Assembly: GCF_964194025.1 (NCBI RefSeq)
Contig: NC_134474.1
Coordinates: forward strand, 72,231,507 to 72,294,000
Source: Convolutriloba macropyga
Lineage: Eukaryota
Length of the DNA: 62,494 nucleotides
Direction: 5' to 3'
Shown here: positions 37,280-51,500 of the stretch, piece after piece
Position numbering within the stretch: position 1 is the first letter of the stretch
Layout of the letters: each line of letters begins with the position of its first letter
Made by a program: the position numbers and the translations under genes
Notes under the pieces: model-generated
What the model was told of the DNA's origin: nothing
Database searches by the model: none
Seen by the model: the letters and a program-made list of their open reading frames with translations, nothing else

Positions 37280-38090
37280 TCCGTTTCATTTTTCCAGTAA
37301 TTAGTTTTTGAAGTCTGTGGAGTCAAGCTTCTGGCGAGGAACACCTCTTGGCAAAGTTCTAAGCGATAGAGAACGGTTGATTGCACTGTCATTAACTCAA
37401 ATGCGTGTTGTAAATGCCGTAGTTTTTATTTAATAAATTTTCATGTGCTGCAGGAAAAGGTTTACTGCAGCCCTGCAGTTTATTGAATTTGGGCGCCATC
37501 TTGTTAATTCGTCACGATAACGATTATTTATTCATAAATAACGATCGTAATCCACTATGATCCTCAGTAAAAATCAACAATGCTACTCGGACTGGTTAAC
37601 AGTCTAGATTGAAAACAAGGAGGCTCGGTAATGTGCGTTTTGCACATTAAGTTCCGACCCCGCTCATCCACTTTTTTGGCATAATTGTCTACCAAATGAG
37701 GAACAGACAGAACCCCCGCCGCCAAAAAAGTTCAAGTATTTTTCAAAAATTGGTGCATGAACAAAAATATCGCCTCCAACGCAAATACTTCAGTGGAGTA
37801 AAAAAATGCCACATTAGATTGATGAGATCTGCAGTTATTAAGAAAGCCAAGCAAGACGAACTACAAAATCAAACAACATTATTTACATCCAAAACTTTGT
37901 CCCTTTTTTTTCCAAAACAAAACCTAATGACAAAGACAAGATAGCGTCAGATAAAACTGAAAATGAACTAAGTAACTTGTACTTTACTAGAAAAGATATG
38001 GGACCAGTCCATAATAGGGCTCGGTTACAAATAGACAAAAATCAGCAAAGTTAATAAATTCGCTTACCTTTTTCAAAACAATTAATTTCA
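37280..38090 (+). pseudogene. Possible hAT transposase relic
   Basis: Scattered fragments NTSWQS / ERLIA (TRW.S...ERL-like), EPPPPKKFK, DEICSY and NRARL...NKFAYLFQN-like terminus. Heavily decayed. Confidence 0.35.
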
Positions 38091-40888
38091 AAGTAATGAA
38101 AACCATTAGATATCAACTGAAAACATCCAGATGTTTTAATATCACCGATGCCTATATAGGAGGTCATTAAGACCTGTCTTTCTTAAATTTTTTATGCGGT
38201 TGCAAAACGAACAACAAAGAGACAACAAATAAAATTTCAATTGAAACTTGCTAGAAAACGCTGTGGAAGCCGTAAAACCATTTTGTGGCCAAAATGCCGT
38301 AAAGACAATAATGTGGTATGTCACATCTCATTAATGAGACCTGGCAAAAAGTTGACAAGTAGAAAAAGGGTAAAATTAAGAAATTTTGTGTATTTTGCGA
38401 ATACAATTATTTTCCTAGTCATTAAAACCATTAGCTGCAAAAGGAAATAATTGAGTAAGTTCGTTTATTCATCCAAAGGAAGCCCTTGAGACCTCCAATG
38501 ATTCAGAAGTGGTCTTACGTTTACAAAACGAACGTCACATATAGGCAAAAATAAAAATTTATTTCGATTTTGCAAAAACCCGTGCCGAAGGCAGTAAAGG
38601 TATTACATAATTTTTGAAAACTTTAGATTTTGAAAACTTGCGCCTTCTTTTGACGCCAATAATTTCTTATCTGACATGCAATCTGTTGTTAACGTCACTA
38701 GGAAACAAATAAAGATATCAATAATGCGAGGTTAAAAAGTTTTTAAACAATGTCATGAAATCCATCAGCTATCTACTGAATTTGGAAAATAGGCTCATCT
38801 ATTCCTTCATGAAAAGGGCCAATGAGACCTGTCATGCACCAAGAAAATTCATTAGTGAAAACGGCAGTTAAAGACAAAATTTAAAAAAAAGTAAAATCAA
38901 TTAAATTCTTCGGAAGGGGTGTCGGAGCCGTTTGAAATCACAATCTGCACTTTTAAAGATTTTGATTTGTTCAATTTTGCCTTATTTTCAACGCCAGTAA
39001 TGTGATAATCTGAAAAAAAATGAGAAAGGGCGTTCAAAAAAGGGTGAATGCCTGAAAGCGAAAATGTGAAATCCGGTATTATCCAAGCCAGAAAACCATA
39101 ACTTAACGTATAAAACCGCAATAATGATTAAATTTAATTCAGTGGAAAGAAGAAGCGTTCTCTCTTTGCTGACAATAAGCTACAAGCTGACCAAATTAAA
39201 AGAAAAAATAGTGAAAAAGTTCAAAAAGCCGTTGTTTATTTCAAAATCAAATATTTTTAATGGCAAAACGACCACAAGCTTTCAATTAGGAAACTATTTA
39301 TTTTTAACTGCTTAGAAAGCCAGTTAGACCTATCACCATTGAGTTTTGATTTGAATTGTTCTGTTCTGTAGTTAACATAAAAAAGGTCATTTAAAAAAAA
39401 TAGACCGACTGATTTTAATCCAAGATTTTTTGGATCGTAACTGTCCCAATCTAGCCTTTCCATTGATTTTCATCCATTAAGAACACTTAATTGCTTCGAA
39501 TGTTATAGATATAGATAATTTGCCAGTAAAAAATCAAAAATAAATGCTGCGTTTTTAATAATCATAGAGAAAAGTTAGCAAAAAAGGGCAGAGTTTTAAT
39601 TCCAGAGCACTCTCAATAGAATTGGAATTAGGACTAGCCCCCTTTTGACTTTGCAAAGATCGTGTTAGTGGTTTTTGGGTGTGTACTTTTGGAAAATTTA
39701 ATCAAAGTGGACCAAAGAAGCCTTTTTCGTGCAATTTTTGATGAAAAAGGCTGAATTTTGAAATATTTAGCAAAAAGTTTTGCCAAAAAATTATATCAAA
39801 ATAATCAGCAATTTTTTGTCTTTGAAAATCAAATCAACAACACGATCGTTAACAATTTTAACATATATTAGCAAAAATGACAAAATTTTAGGCAAAACTT
39901 CTGTAAAATGGGAATAAAAATGACACAAATCAGTCTCAATATTCACAAAAATTTAACCTCGATAACTCGCTCTAGAAAACGAAAATGAAAAAAATTGTTT
40001 TAATTCCATATGCTATGCTAGACGGGCTTTCTAATGACACCACTCACAACTCTCTATGATGAATATACCGATCGGTCAGAATTGACTGAAGAAAAAACCC
40101 ATTCGAGTTTATAGTTCCTCCCCCCTCACGAGTTTTCGGAACAATTAATAGTCCATGTATTTATGCAATAGAGTATTATGCAATTAATATCTGATTTTAG
40201 ATTTGAGAGGATTGTAATAGAAGACCTGCATGATCTCATACTTTGTCCACGTTTGTGAATGTTTGTTCAGCAACTGAATTGTTTCTTTCTTTTCCGGCGG
40301 TATTAACTATGATGGATTGGGTTGCAGTTGTAGATTGTTTTCAGTTTTTGAACCGCAAGAATTAATTGATGTTAATTGAGCCTCTGAGTGGATGTAACAA
40401 TCACCAGAAAGTTGTCAATTTTTCCATGATGACTGTCAATGCAATGCAACTTCTCGTTCTACAAAGTTTATTACTGATTTTTGGAAATTCTTTGTTAGCG
40501 TTTGCTAAAATTCTGAAGAGATCTCGAGTATGAACACAGAAGACAATATTGCGCGAAGATAGTTTTGGCGTTCCAGATTAGCAAATCTACGTGTCTGATT
40601 TATACAGTGTATCCTTGTACTGTAGAACTTTCAAATTGAAATCCTAAACAGACACTCTATAAACTTCTGCTCAAAATTTCTTGGTTTACAGATGTTTTCG
40701 TGCTCATATTTGAAGGTTTTGTTTCAGTACGCTAAATATTTTTTAGTTTTTGTCTCGTCATGTTAGATTTTTTAATTTAAAAAATCAATCTGAGAAATCG
40801 AGATGTCGCGCGCGATTTTGTCAGTTTTTATCGCGTTGTTATCGATGACTGGAGGTGTATTGAACAAATTTGAACACACTTATTTCAG

Positions 40889-43800
40889 GAAAAGGAAGCC
40901 CGCTTGTCTCGCCAGCTGAATCCCTGGAGCAGTTGAATGTGAATCCTTTCACAGAGAAAGATGCTGAAGATATTTTCAATCCTTTCGCGAATGACGACGA
41001 ACACGAAGATCGATGTTCACATTCGGAACCACTCGTGAGTGAACACGTGGACCAATCAGTTGAACAAAATAACCCCTTCGATGAAGAATCTGCTGTTGAT
41101 GAAGCAACCAGCAACAACAACAATCTTCTGGGTTCGTGGACTGAGTTGGAAGTGTCCAGAAGTGACACTATCAGAGAGCGATTTCCGAACCCGATGACCA
41201 TCGAGCAACTGAATACCCAATTTAACCCTTTAGGGTTGCAAGCTTTTACTGAACTTGTTGATCAGTTTATTGTCTCGAAAGGCAACGCAGAACAATCGGA
41301 ATTGTGGACGTTAGTGCTCGAGCATTACAACTCGCGAAACGAGTATGTGAAAACGTGGGGGAAGTTACAAGATGTCAAGTCAACAGTGGAAACTTTCACA
41401 AAATCTTTCTGGATATTCTCAACAAAAGTTTTAAAAAATGTGCAGACATGCCGAGACGGAAGAAATGTCACTTTAGAGCACGAATATGAATACGCAGATT
41501 TCAGTGAGACATCTTTCAAAGCCTTCAATGATCTCTGGGAAACGATGAAAATGACCTTGACAGTGAAACTAAGTAGAGCTAAATTTGAAAATCAGTTGAC
41601 CTGGGTCAAAATTGAGAAGTACCTCAACAAATTTCTGGTATCGTTTGTCGGGTTTGAAAGACCAGACCTGAATTCCAACAAAGCGACCTTTAGGTTTGCT
41701 CCTCATCACTCAAAAGCTGTTACTGAAATGCACCAAGTATTAAACGTTCTTTTTACGTTTTTGAGAAAGCCAAGACCGGACGATAGATTTATATCTGAAA
41801 TCATTCGCTGGATTCACAAATGCAGTGCTGTGTTTCTGCGCTGTGCAACCCTGTTCGATCATATAATGATTCTAAATAATGCTCTCAGATTACCGGCTAG
41901 CATTTACGTGGATGAGATATTCATGTTAGTTCACTTGCCCCAGTTTTCCTCAATTTCAAATCAAGTATCGGAGCCGACAGTCGTGTCTCTTGATCACACC
42001 TTGTTGATCTCCAAGATCATGATGAGTGGTGTTCCGCAGAGATCTGTGTTCCTCAAAGAATTAGAAAAGACGCCCGATGTGGGAATGAATGCGGACAATG
42101 ACGGGAAGTGTAACTGGATTCTGTTGGATGACAGTGGCGAGGAATCCGAGTGTCCAGACGCTAACTGGCATCTTTTTGACGAATCGAACATACTGGGTTT
42201 TATAGAACGTCTGCCGTTTGAAAAGATCTTATCAAATCTGTCGGCTGTTATGAATAACAAAACTATCTTCCTGCAAAGTATTGCTTATTTTAACCATTTA
42301 CTTATACCCTTTGGTGATTGCTTTGAGACGTACAATTTGGACCGCTATGCTTTATTGCGCAAACGAGTCGCAAGTTACTGTGTCGCGTTGACTAATTTTT
42401 CCATCAATTCATATTTAGTCAAATTTTCGGAACACGACGAATATAATTCCGATGAACACAAGATACTGAAATTAGAAGTGGAAGCGCTGCTGTTAAGATC
42501 ATTCTCCTTGCTGGCGAGAAATATGAATGACAAGAGTGTATATCCTGCCATTCAGAACTTCAATTTTGCTTTTCTCTCACCAAACTCGGCCTGGAAGCTC
42601 ACTTACATTCTAATCGGACCTCAAGATTGCGTCAACGTGGAGGAGTTGTCACAGTACGACACTGATCCAAAAGATCTCTTTCTAGATGGTCTGAACAGCT
42701 TTGGAGGTCTTGATTACAAACTACAGAACTGTTTCTTTGTGTCTGGGGCTGCGTTGCTGTCGACTTTGTCAAATATGATCATCGACGGAAGTTTCTCAGA
42801 TCAGGAACTGATGATTGTGGTTATGAACGCACTCTTTTACATATCATACATAAGTCCCCAGCATAAAGAGAACTACTTCAAGTTTGGGCACAACCTCATC
42901 TCGTGTCTTCTGACGTCACACTTGGAGTTGGTGACCTTTTACCTGAACAAAATCAACAGAAATTGGGAAAAGATGCTCTCAGATATCAACATGAGCTTCC
43001 TTCTGGAAGTCAGTTTGGATCAATGGGTTCCGACAGCCTCCGATATTGAGTTGTTATTGCATTGGTTGGAGTTCTATGACATACAGCATTCGTTAAATAT
43101 TCTCGCGCGCAAAATTTTGTCATACATAGACTGGCTTCTAGTCGATGAATCTGGTAGTCCGACGATACCGACTGATCAACAGAATCGAGTGCTCAACACG
43201 ATTCTTCATATTTACTCGACTGTGGTTATAAAGTCAGAAGTTCACGATGTTCCGTTTGAGGTCAAATGCGCAAAAGATTTTGAGTCGTCGCCGACAGGAT
43301 TTACGAACCCCGTACAAAACTTCGCAGCGTGGTGTTGGAAAATGGTGACAATAATGCAAGTTAAAGGCAACGTTCTAGCAATGAAAGACGAAGAACTGAA
43401 AAGTGAAACTAAAATTACACAAAACGGACATTACTTGATAATGTTTGCAGCTTTGCTAAGTAGCGACTCCTCTAAGCACGTGTTCAGTTTGTCAAACGGA
43501 GGGTTGAATATGCTCAAGCAATTGACCATGGGAGGGTTCATAAAGCCAGTGGTTCACGTTCTGGACTCGAAGCTTAAATTTGAGTTATCAAATCTGGACG
43601 TCCTATTTCTTCAGAAAGGCTGTTTCGCCGAGATTTTGGCTAATATTTGTCAAGGAGATAGCTCCATTTCGCACAAAATGGGAATCGTAGTCCAAGCAGG
43701 AGCTAACACGTTACTTCTCTCCGCCATGCTCGTTTCTTTACTTCAGTCTGTGGAATCGAGTAATAAACTGCACTCAAAATACCTCATGGAGTTTTTACTA

Positions 43801-46800
43801 TCAGTCATTCTGTCTTACCCAAACTTTGCCTCAAATTACTACCTCCTCTATATACTAGAACAGCTTTGTTACTTTTCCTTCACCTCCAAATCTCTGAGCG
43901 AGTGTGTCAGAATTACGTTTTTGAGACACTTGGAAGAATTGCAGAAACATGACCACTCTAAGACTTTCCGAATATTTGCAACGCATAAATATTTCACGAC
44001 ATTGCATTGTTTCAAAACGTACGCCGAGTTCGGTTTTGTTTCGTACTTTTCGCTGGTTGCCCAAATCAACTTTGAAGATCAAAATGGTGTTTGGAGTCCG
44101 CTGATTGAGAAAATGCAGGACAGTGTACAAAATACGCCAGGAGCCTTCTTGAAAGACCTCCGACTGGATGACAAATGGTCATCGTGTACCTTTTCGGAGA
44201 CATCGCTGAGTATCTATCTCATCGTAGATGTCTTGATGCTAATTGACTGCAGCCATCCAGCCTTTCCTTTAATTGCTCAGCTCTTTTTCGCCAGATATTT
44301 TTTTAGACCTGATTTATCTGCACGTGATTTGACACCCAACTCCTCCAATAGCGTCGGTGAACGTTTTTTCGCCAGTTACTACTACATGGGTACCATCAAG
44401 AAGCTTAAACTGAGATTCGAAGAAGCTGCCAAAGTAAGAAGAAAGCCTGAAATTGAACCAAATGACGGCGATGAAGAGAACCCGACCAATGATATGGACG
44501 CTGTGATGCTTGGTTCATCGTCGTATGATTTGAAAGTCCAGTCTGGCAAAGAAGGCATTTCCAAACATTTAGACGCGTTTTACCTCTGGGCTGATGAACC
44601 CAGGCTGCACACGACGACTGTTGTGTTTGAGAATCTACCAGCCAATTACCTACCACAAAGTATAATTGACGTGATTACAAGAGGAACGAAGCCCCTTGAC
44701 CTGTTTGCATCTGAAATCCAAACCGACGATGTTGTCATTAATTGCATGAAGATATGGCATGACGAACTGTATTCCTATCTGAAAAAACCGGTGGTCATTG
44801 TTGAGAATTTTGACTTTTCAGTCGAGGCATCAAAGTTCAGAGTCGAACGTGCGAAAAGTAAATTCGTGTATCATCATCGAGATCTGCCTGAGGTCAAACC
44901 GTCCGAAATTCCATTGAGTTCCGTCGATTCTCAACTGTTAATATCAAACCGAAGCCTGTTAGAATATTTCGGGAAATCGTTCAACGAGCTAACTGCCTAC
45001 GCCCAGAAGCAAGTTGCGTTATGGAAAGAACTAAATTCCGACTTTGATAAATTTTCAAAATTGACTCCTCAACAGTACGAGAACAAAGTTACAACACTTC
45101 AGAAAGTTGTGAATTGTGAAAGTTTGCTTCAAAGGCAGCGCTGTACTGGTCCTGTAGTTTTCGATTTAACTTACAACTGTAAGTCGGAGAACCTGGCTGT
45201 GAGTTTCGAACTTGACCGGATCTGGAAGAAAATCATGGAATCCGTCTCGACAAGTCCTGAATGTCCTTTGGAATCAGTAAATGCTGTCGAGATTATGGAA
45301 GAGATTGTTCACGGCCTGATCGAACTAGCTGAGTCACAAAACAATACCACTGTTGACCAACATATGTCAACAAAGGGAGTGGTAGAAAACAACGGAATCG
45401 ATCTGTTTTTCCTAATAGCTAACATCTTATCTGAGGATGTAATGTCTTATCCTCCATTCAGAAAAATGACAGAAATTCTTTTTACTCTGCTTGGAACTAA
45501 ATTCATTGCGACATCTGGTGATAGCCAAACACAGCTGCTGGATTTGTTGCTTACCAAACCATTCTTGGTCGAAAGTTTGAACTCTTATTTCTGCCCTGAA
45601 CTGGCGCACGGGAAGTTCTGTGCGTTTTATCAGAAATTGTCGGTTAGGATAATTGCCAATTTCGACAAAGCACACTCGGAGTTGCTGCTTACTAAGTTTG
45701 ACTTCGCAAGTTGGCTTTCCAAAACTAGCAATGCTGGTCTTAGGTCCACAGTTTTGGGCTGCGTCTTCGATTTACTTCATTTCATTGGCAAAGATGTAAC
45801 GGAAGATCTTGAATGGACATTCACAAGTGCGAGTGGACACGCTTTCTTGTTCCTCAACGATAATTTTGTTCTGGAGTTTCCGTCGTTTTTCCTAAGCATG
45901 CTAAAACTGTCGCTAGCGGGTAAAGCTAGTCCACAGTTGTGGGAGAATTTGACGGAATTTTGTGGTCTAAAAAATTTCTCACTCTCCATTGAGAGCCCGC
46001 AGCTAACTGGGAACCATTTTGATAACTGTCACAAATCTTTGGAATTGATCAGCATGTTCTCTTCTAGTGAATTTGTGTCGAACATTGCAAATTTTATCCA
46101 ACAAACGAGAATTACTAATTGGGACAACCCGCCCGTTAAACTTTTTGGACCCGACATAGAGCACGTAAGCAAATTTCTGATATTTCTATCCAAACTCATT
46201 ATATCATGCGGGCACTTCCAATGTTCAAACGGGCAAGTGTCAAAAAGTGACTTGTCACTTACAATTTGGAATCAACTTGTTCAGCTATTTTCGCCTTTTA
46301 TTGCTCCATTAATTCATGATGACAAACTTCAGCTTCCGAAACCGACTGTTGAGAGTGGAAATGGCTCCGATGGAGGTATCGACAAAGGTTTCGATCAATT
46401 ATGTCTCGCGTTTACTGTGTCAATTTTGGAAGCGTTGAAACAAGATGATTCTTACAGCGAAGGCGATTTTTCTTTGCCTTCTTATTTGCATCATTTTCTG
46501 ATGTACTTTAACGAGGTATTAACGCCCTCGAACAAATCCAATGCTATTATGAATCACTACTTCAATTCATTCCTAAATCTGCCCTGGTCCAGTTTCTTAC
46601 CCCATATTCAAAGTGTGGACATTTTGCTCGCTATAAGACAGCAACCCAATATCAACCCAAAAGATTTTGCGGTGCAGATATTTCTGAGTATTGATTGGAA
46701 ACGTTACTGCGATCTGCATGTCAAAATGCACACAGACGTAGCAAGTACTGCTTTACATCGATTCTTACTTCTGTCAGTGCTGCTGGAAACCGACGACGCG

Positions 46801-48126
46801 TTTACCGAGGAATCGGGTGCCCTTGTGGTAGGCAAACTGGACAAGATCCGGAACATAAACTGGACGAAACTCTCGCCGGAATACCTTACTATAGTGCTGT
46901 CTCTGTTTTTGAAGTTCTACTTCAAAAAACAGTCCTTGTCTTTGAGAAATCCATTCGGAAGCTTCCGTCTTCTGATGGAAGCAAGCGGGTTTGCGGTAAA
47001 ACCGACTGATGATTTTGAAACTGTGAGTCGCGATAGCTCATTCGACCACAAAATGACTTTTATGGACTTGGTTTCAACAAAAATCCAGAAAGTTACATCG
47101 GTGGAAACTTTATCCGAAGTAATTGAGTCATTGTTCACATACATCGGCACTAACCTGGATCCAATGTCAAGTTCAGCTTCTGCAATTTTGCATCTTATGA
47201 AACCGATTATCAAGCTTATCAATTCTGTACCGTTTGATCAACAAACAAGCAAAACCCTAGAAGGCTTTAGTAATTGGGCATTCAATTTGGACAACCACGA
47301 CTTCCTCCTTCTGGTAATTGTTGCATGTTGTCAAGATATGGCCAACAAGGAGGCGTTGGCTTACTTCCTTGAAACTGCCTGCGAAGCGTACTTCAAACCA
47401 ACAACTGGTGTTGTGAGGTCCTGGGAATCAGTATCGAACAGCATGGAATTGCCTTACACTGGTCGAGCCGAGTTCCTTGCTACTTGCTCCAAGAAATGTT
47501 TCTATTTTGTCCTTGAAATTCATCTCCGATCTCAATATATTTCAGATGAAGAATTTTTGAACCTCATTTTCACGTGGCTAAATGACTCAAAAGCGTTGAC
47601 TGCCGAAAACGAAGTTAAAGCGTTTCTTTTATTCACTCGGTGTTTTGAAAAACTCGAGAAATTGATGTTTGCTTCAAATGCAATGAAGTTTATAGAGCTC
47701 GCCCGGACTTTTATGACCTATTTGGGCGATTTGAGTGAAGATCGTGAAACGGGAGGATTGCGTGGAATGATAGGGTTGGGAGCAGCCTCTAAATTGAGCC
47801 AAGCGTTCCGCATTTGCTGTAAATGCATCTCGTGTTTCCTGCAACTCCAAATTGAATCGCTTCTGGCAGATCCTAACAAAGACACCAACATGGATTCCAG
47901 TTTGAATAAGTCTTCAAAGAAAGATCAGAGCGCTCAATCGATGCTTAAGTCACTGAAACAGTACACCGTGATTAAAGACTATCCCCATATAGCAGCCAAA
48001 TTGCAGGTTATCCTCAACTCGAATTTAGTGGAGGGGATATCAATGGATAACTGGAAAGAGCTCATGTTTAATCTGGTGTCTAGTTTCTATAATGAGGAAT
48101 ACGGACTAAAAGTTCTGACAAACTAG
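40889..48126 (+). CDS. EPG5: Ectopic P-granules autophagy protein 5 homolog; one ~7.2-kb coding exon, true N-terminus uncertain
   Basis: 2418-codon open frame. EPG5-like segments WIHKCSAVFLRCATLFDHIMILNNALRLP, WILLDDSGEESECPDANWHLFDE, AFYLWADEPRLH, FLNLPWSSFLP and EDRETGGLRGMIGLGAASKLSQAFR. The tracked start is TTG; acceptor-like TTATTTCAG ends at 40888; first in-frame ATG is at 41194. Confidence 0.88.
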
Positions 48127-48324
48127 ACTAGTTTAAGGTTAACTCTGTTATTTAGTTAGCTACAAAGTTTGTTAATGTTTAGTTGACTTTTCAACTTTGT
48201 TGAGATAATTATAGTGCTAACTTCATTTATGACGATTCAGATCTAGATTTGTTAGAAATCGATAATGTGTAGATTACTTCATTTAGATTAGACTGCATTA
48301 GTTGCTCATCAATTATCAAGTTCA

Positions 48325-48330
48325 AATAAA
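48325..48330 (+). terminator. Candidate polyadenylation signal of EPG5
   Basis: AATAAA ~200 bp after the stop codon, followed by a T-rich tract. Confidence 0.5.
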
Positions 48331-48486
48331 GTTTTAATTTTTTTAGTTTTTACGGCGCAATTACGATGTTTCAAAAAGTACCTTGACACAAAGTCAGTTT
48401 AAGTCCAACGAAGCTGTTATTCCTGTTATTCGCCATTCTTCAAAGCATCCATGCATCTATCTCTTTTACTATAGCTGTACGCTGAG

Positions 48487-48974
48487 ATTGGTTCGCGGAA
48501 GTAGACTCGTGCATACAAAAAATTCTGGCTTACGTCTTTTTTTTGCACCCATGATAAGTTTTCTTCCCCCTCTGAATAAAATTGTCCCGCCTGTCTTCGA
48601 TGGCAATTTGTCGGACGGTTTATATTTTTTTATAGAGCCTTCAATAGCATTTTGACCTAAAGCGTTGATAATGGAGTTTTTGGATTATAATATTCAGGGA
48701 GCAGAGTTAGCTGAAATCTTAAATGTTGAGTTTTTTCACAATGCAAAAATTTTATTGACTTTATGCTACGATTTTTTTCGTGTAAGTTAGTTTTGAATGA
48801 GACTGTTGAATTTTTGGTAAAGGGTGTGATCCAAAGTTCGTTTCTAATTTGTCAAGATATCTGGTGAGGTAATGAGACTAACATTGTCAGAGCCAGTGGG
48901 GAGCTTCTTAATTTTACAGATAATTGGTTCGCGGAAGTAGACTCGTGCATACGAAAAATTCTGGCTTACGTCTT
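48487..48974. repeat. Near-identical ~53-bp direct repeats, 436 bp apart
   Basis: ATTGGTTCGCGGAAGTAGACTCGTGCATAC(A/G)AAAAATTCTGGCTTACGTCTTT at 48487 and 48923. Confidence 0.85.
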
Positions 48975-51500
48975 TGGTATAACTTTTAAAGAACGCAACG
49001 AATGCATGAAATCCTTGAAGCAAAATGAACTGACAAAAGGTATGTATAAATAGATGTGGTGATGAGGTATTCTGAGAAATCACTAAATAAATGGGACCAG
49101 TAATAAGAATCTCTTCTGTACCTGAATGTGAGAAACCACGGAAAGCGTACCTTTAAAATATGCCCAAAGTTAATTGAATTGTTGAAAAATTTGCCATGTA
49201 CGAAATGACCTTCAAGATTAAGAAAAATCATTTAAACGATTTGTATTCATCAGTACAAAAGTGAAATCAACGTAAAATATTGGAAGAAACCTTTGAACCA
49301 CATGAACCTCGGAAGCAATGGCAAACCGTTGAATTGAACAGTTCCCGTTGTTTCAGCTACCAAACGCTGAGTTACGTTATAGCTGATTGAAGTATGAATT
49401 CGTAGCGCCAATAATGCTATGCAAATAGTTGTAGCGATGGAAAGCACTGGCCAAAATTATTGAACTTCTACAGCCTTTGTAAATCTTTACAAGTTTTTTT
49501 TCTAGCTTGAACTTGACACTGAACATTTGTAATATCGATCAGATTGCTGAAATCATATGTCGGCATCAAATTCAGTTTTTTCCCTTTAGCCGGGAGCAAC
49601 GCATAATCACCCGGAATTTCCTGTCGGTTTTTGCTTTGTTTCACTTTATAAGTTTTGAAAAAAAATGTCTTTGATAATAATAAATTGTGTACATACACAG
49701 ATACATCATCAATTATTTTCAAACGCATTATCGAAACGCTAAAAAGACTGTTGAGCACATTTTGAATAACATCAACATCTCCAACTGAGAGACAATAATA
49801 ATTTTTATTTATTTGGTGAACATACATTCAAACCAAAACAGACCATCCAAAAGCGCAATGCTTTTCAAGGGAGGCCTGGAAAACATAAATTTACAGCGAA
49901 CAGAACATAAATAAATGCCTACAAATGGGACATAAATAAATGCCTACTAATGGGACAGGAATTATTTCACGGCGAAAATTTCATCTACTAATTGAATGTT
50001 TCGAGATATGAAAGTGTTACAAAAATTATGGTTAAAATTTTTCGTATACCTAGTTTGAGCTGTATTGTACTTGTCAGTATCTAATTCAACGTTCCAAAGT
50101 TGTAATAGGTTATGTAATTTTCGCAGCCGAGCGTCAAGTTAAAATTTCGAGTCAGATCGTCGTATATCAATCAAGTTAGATTTGGCATAACGTGTATAAT
50201 AATGCGCAGTTTCATTCTTAATAATTTCCGGTGCTTTTTTCATGTAATGTTTAAAGAGGTCATAAACGAAGAGCTCATGTACTGTTAAAAGTCTTTCGTC
50301 ATACAAATAGCTGATCGACTCAAACTTTCTTTTGTTGTAAATTATTCTCACAAACCGATTTTGGATTTTCAGAATAGGATCAAGCGTAAAGAGAGACAAC
50401 TATAAGGTCTAACTGAACCGTATTCAAGTGTCTCTAGCAGTCAATGAAGCCAGTCTAGGTTGCATGGCAGTTCCACTACAGAAATCTAGCGCGATGGGAC
50501 ACATTTTTGAGTTTCAAAACATTGAAATTTTTAAATATTTTTAATGCCAAATAGTTTCGTTACTAAACAGTTGCCTCGTCAACTGTAGCAAATTTCTGAC
50601 TGTGACTCTAAATACTTTAATTTGCACCACTCGCCTAAATTACAAGCTAACTCAAAAATGTGGTTGGAAAAATCACACCAGGCCTTAAGGTAAAATAAGG
50701 AAAATTGTCAACTGAAATAGAAAATTTCTGGAAATTTTATAAACAGGACCGGTATAAACAATCCTGTGTTTATTGTTTATGAACCATTCTGTTAAACAAT
50801 TTTCCGACATGAATTTCATTGCCAAAGAATGAAAACAATTTAAATCTGATCTTGAATCTTTTTGTGTGAAACTAACGCGCTTTTACAGCAGGTTGTCGCA
50901 ACAAAATTACCAACCAACAGCTGGAATGTTCAGAACTCTGGAAACAACATTAAATTTCTCTGCTATCTACACTACACTCCAGACACTGCATTGAAACCAA
51001 CAAATCCGCCAGTGAATATTGCAGCACGTGGCATCCGTGTCGGCATCAAAATAGGATTCTAAGTCAAGTAGTCCAACAACATGACGATAATAAATTTTGT
51101 AGCAGTTGCATAATATACACTACCCTTTTTTTCTGCTTGTAGCCAAAAACATGCCATTCCATTGTCCGCAATTCTGTTATATAGACAATGGTCAAAATTA
51201 CTATTGGGTTGCGTATCAAGGAATGAGATCAAACGGATGCGTAAATTACTTTGAAACTACTTGCGTTGTTGCCCAAATTATTGAAATAGGCGACTTTATT
51301 TAGCTGACAGATGTTGGAAAATTAGAGAACCCAGGGAACAATAATCAACCACTCAAACAGGTTGGATGTGTTGGATCATTTATTGTTCCGACCCATTTGT
51401 GGGGGGAGGAACTATATACTCAAATGAGTTCTTTTGTTCAGACAATTTTGGCCGATCGATATATTCATCGTAGAGAGTTGAGACTGGTATTATTAGAAAG
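48560..51500 (+). mobile_element. Possible BEL/Pao LTR-retrotransposon relic (gag and integrase fragments) interrupted by a LINE 3' end
   Basis: KIVPPVFDGNLSD...MEFLDYNIQGA (gag P.F.G...L...L.G.A); Cys/His remnants at ~49420-49610; CPQFCYIDNGQNY (SDNG.NF-like); FIVPTHLWG(G) (P..P.WGG-like). Confidence 0.4.
49801..50430 (-). mobile_element. 3' end of a CR1/L2/Crack-group LINE
   Basis: LDPILKIQNRFVRII...LLTVHELFVYDLFK...HYYTRYA (post-RT C-terminus); AAATAAATAAAAAT tail at ~49801-49814; ~25-bp tandem duplication in the 3' UTR (~49905-49955). Confidence 0.75.

Noticed and set aside
40839-47222. Many short ORFs overlapping EPG5 on both strands
   Set aside because: Shadow ORFs of a long coding exon, with no motifs.
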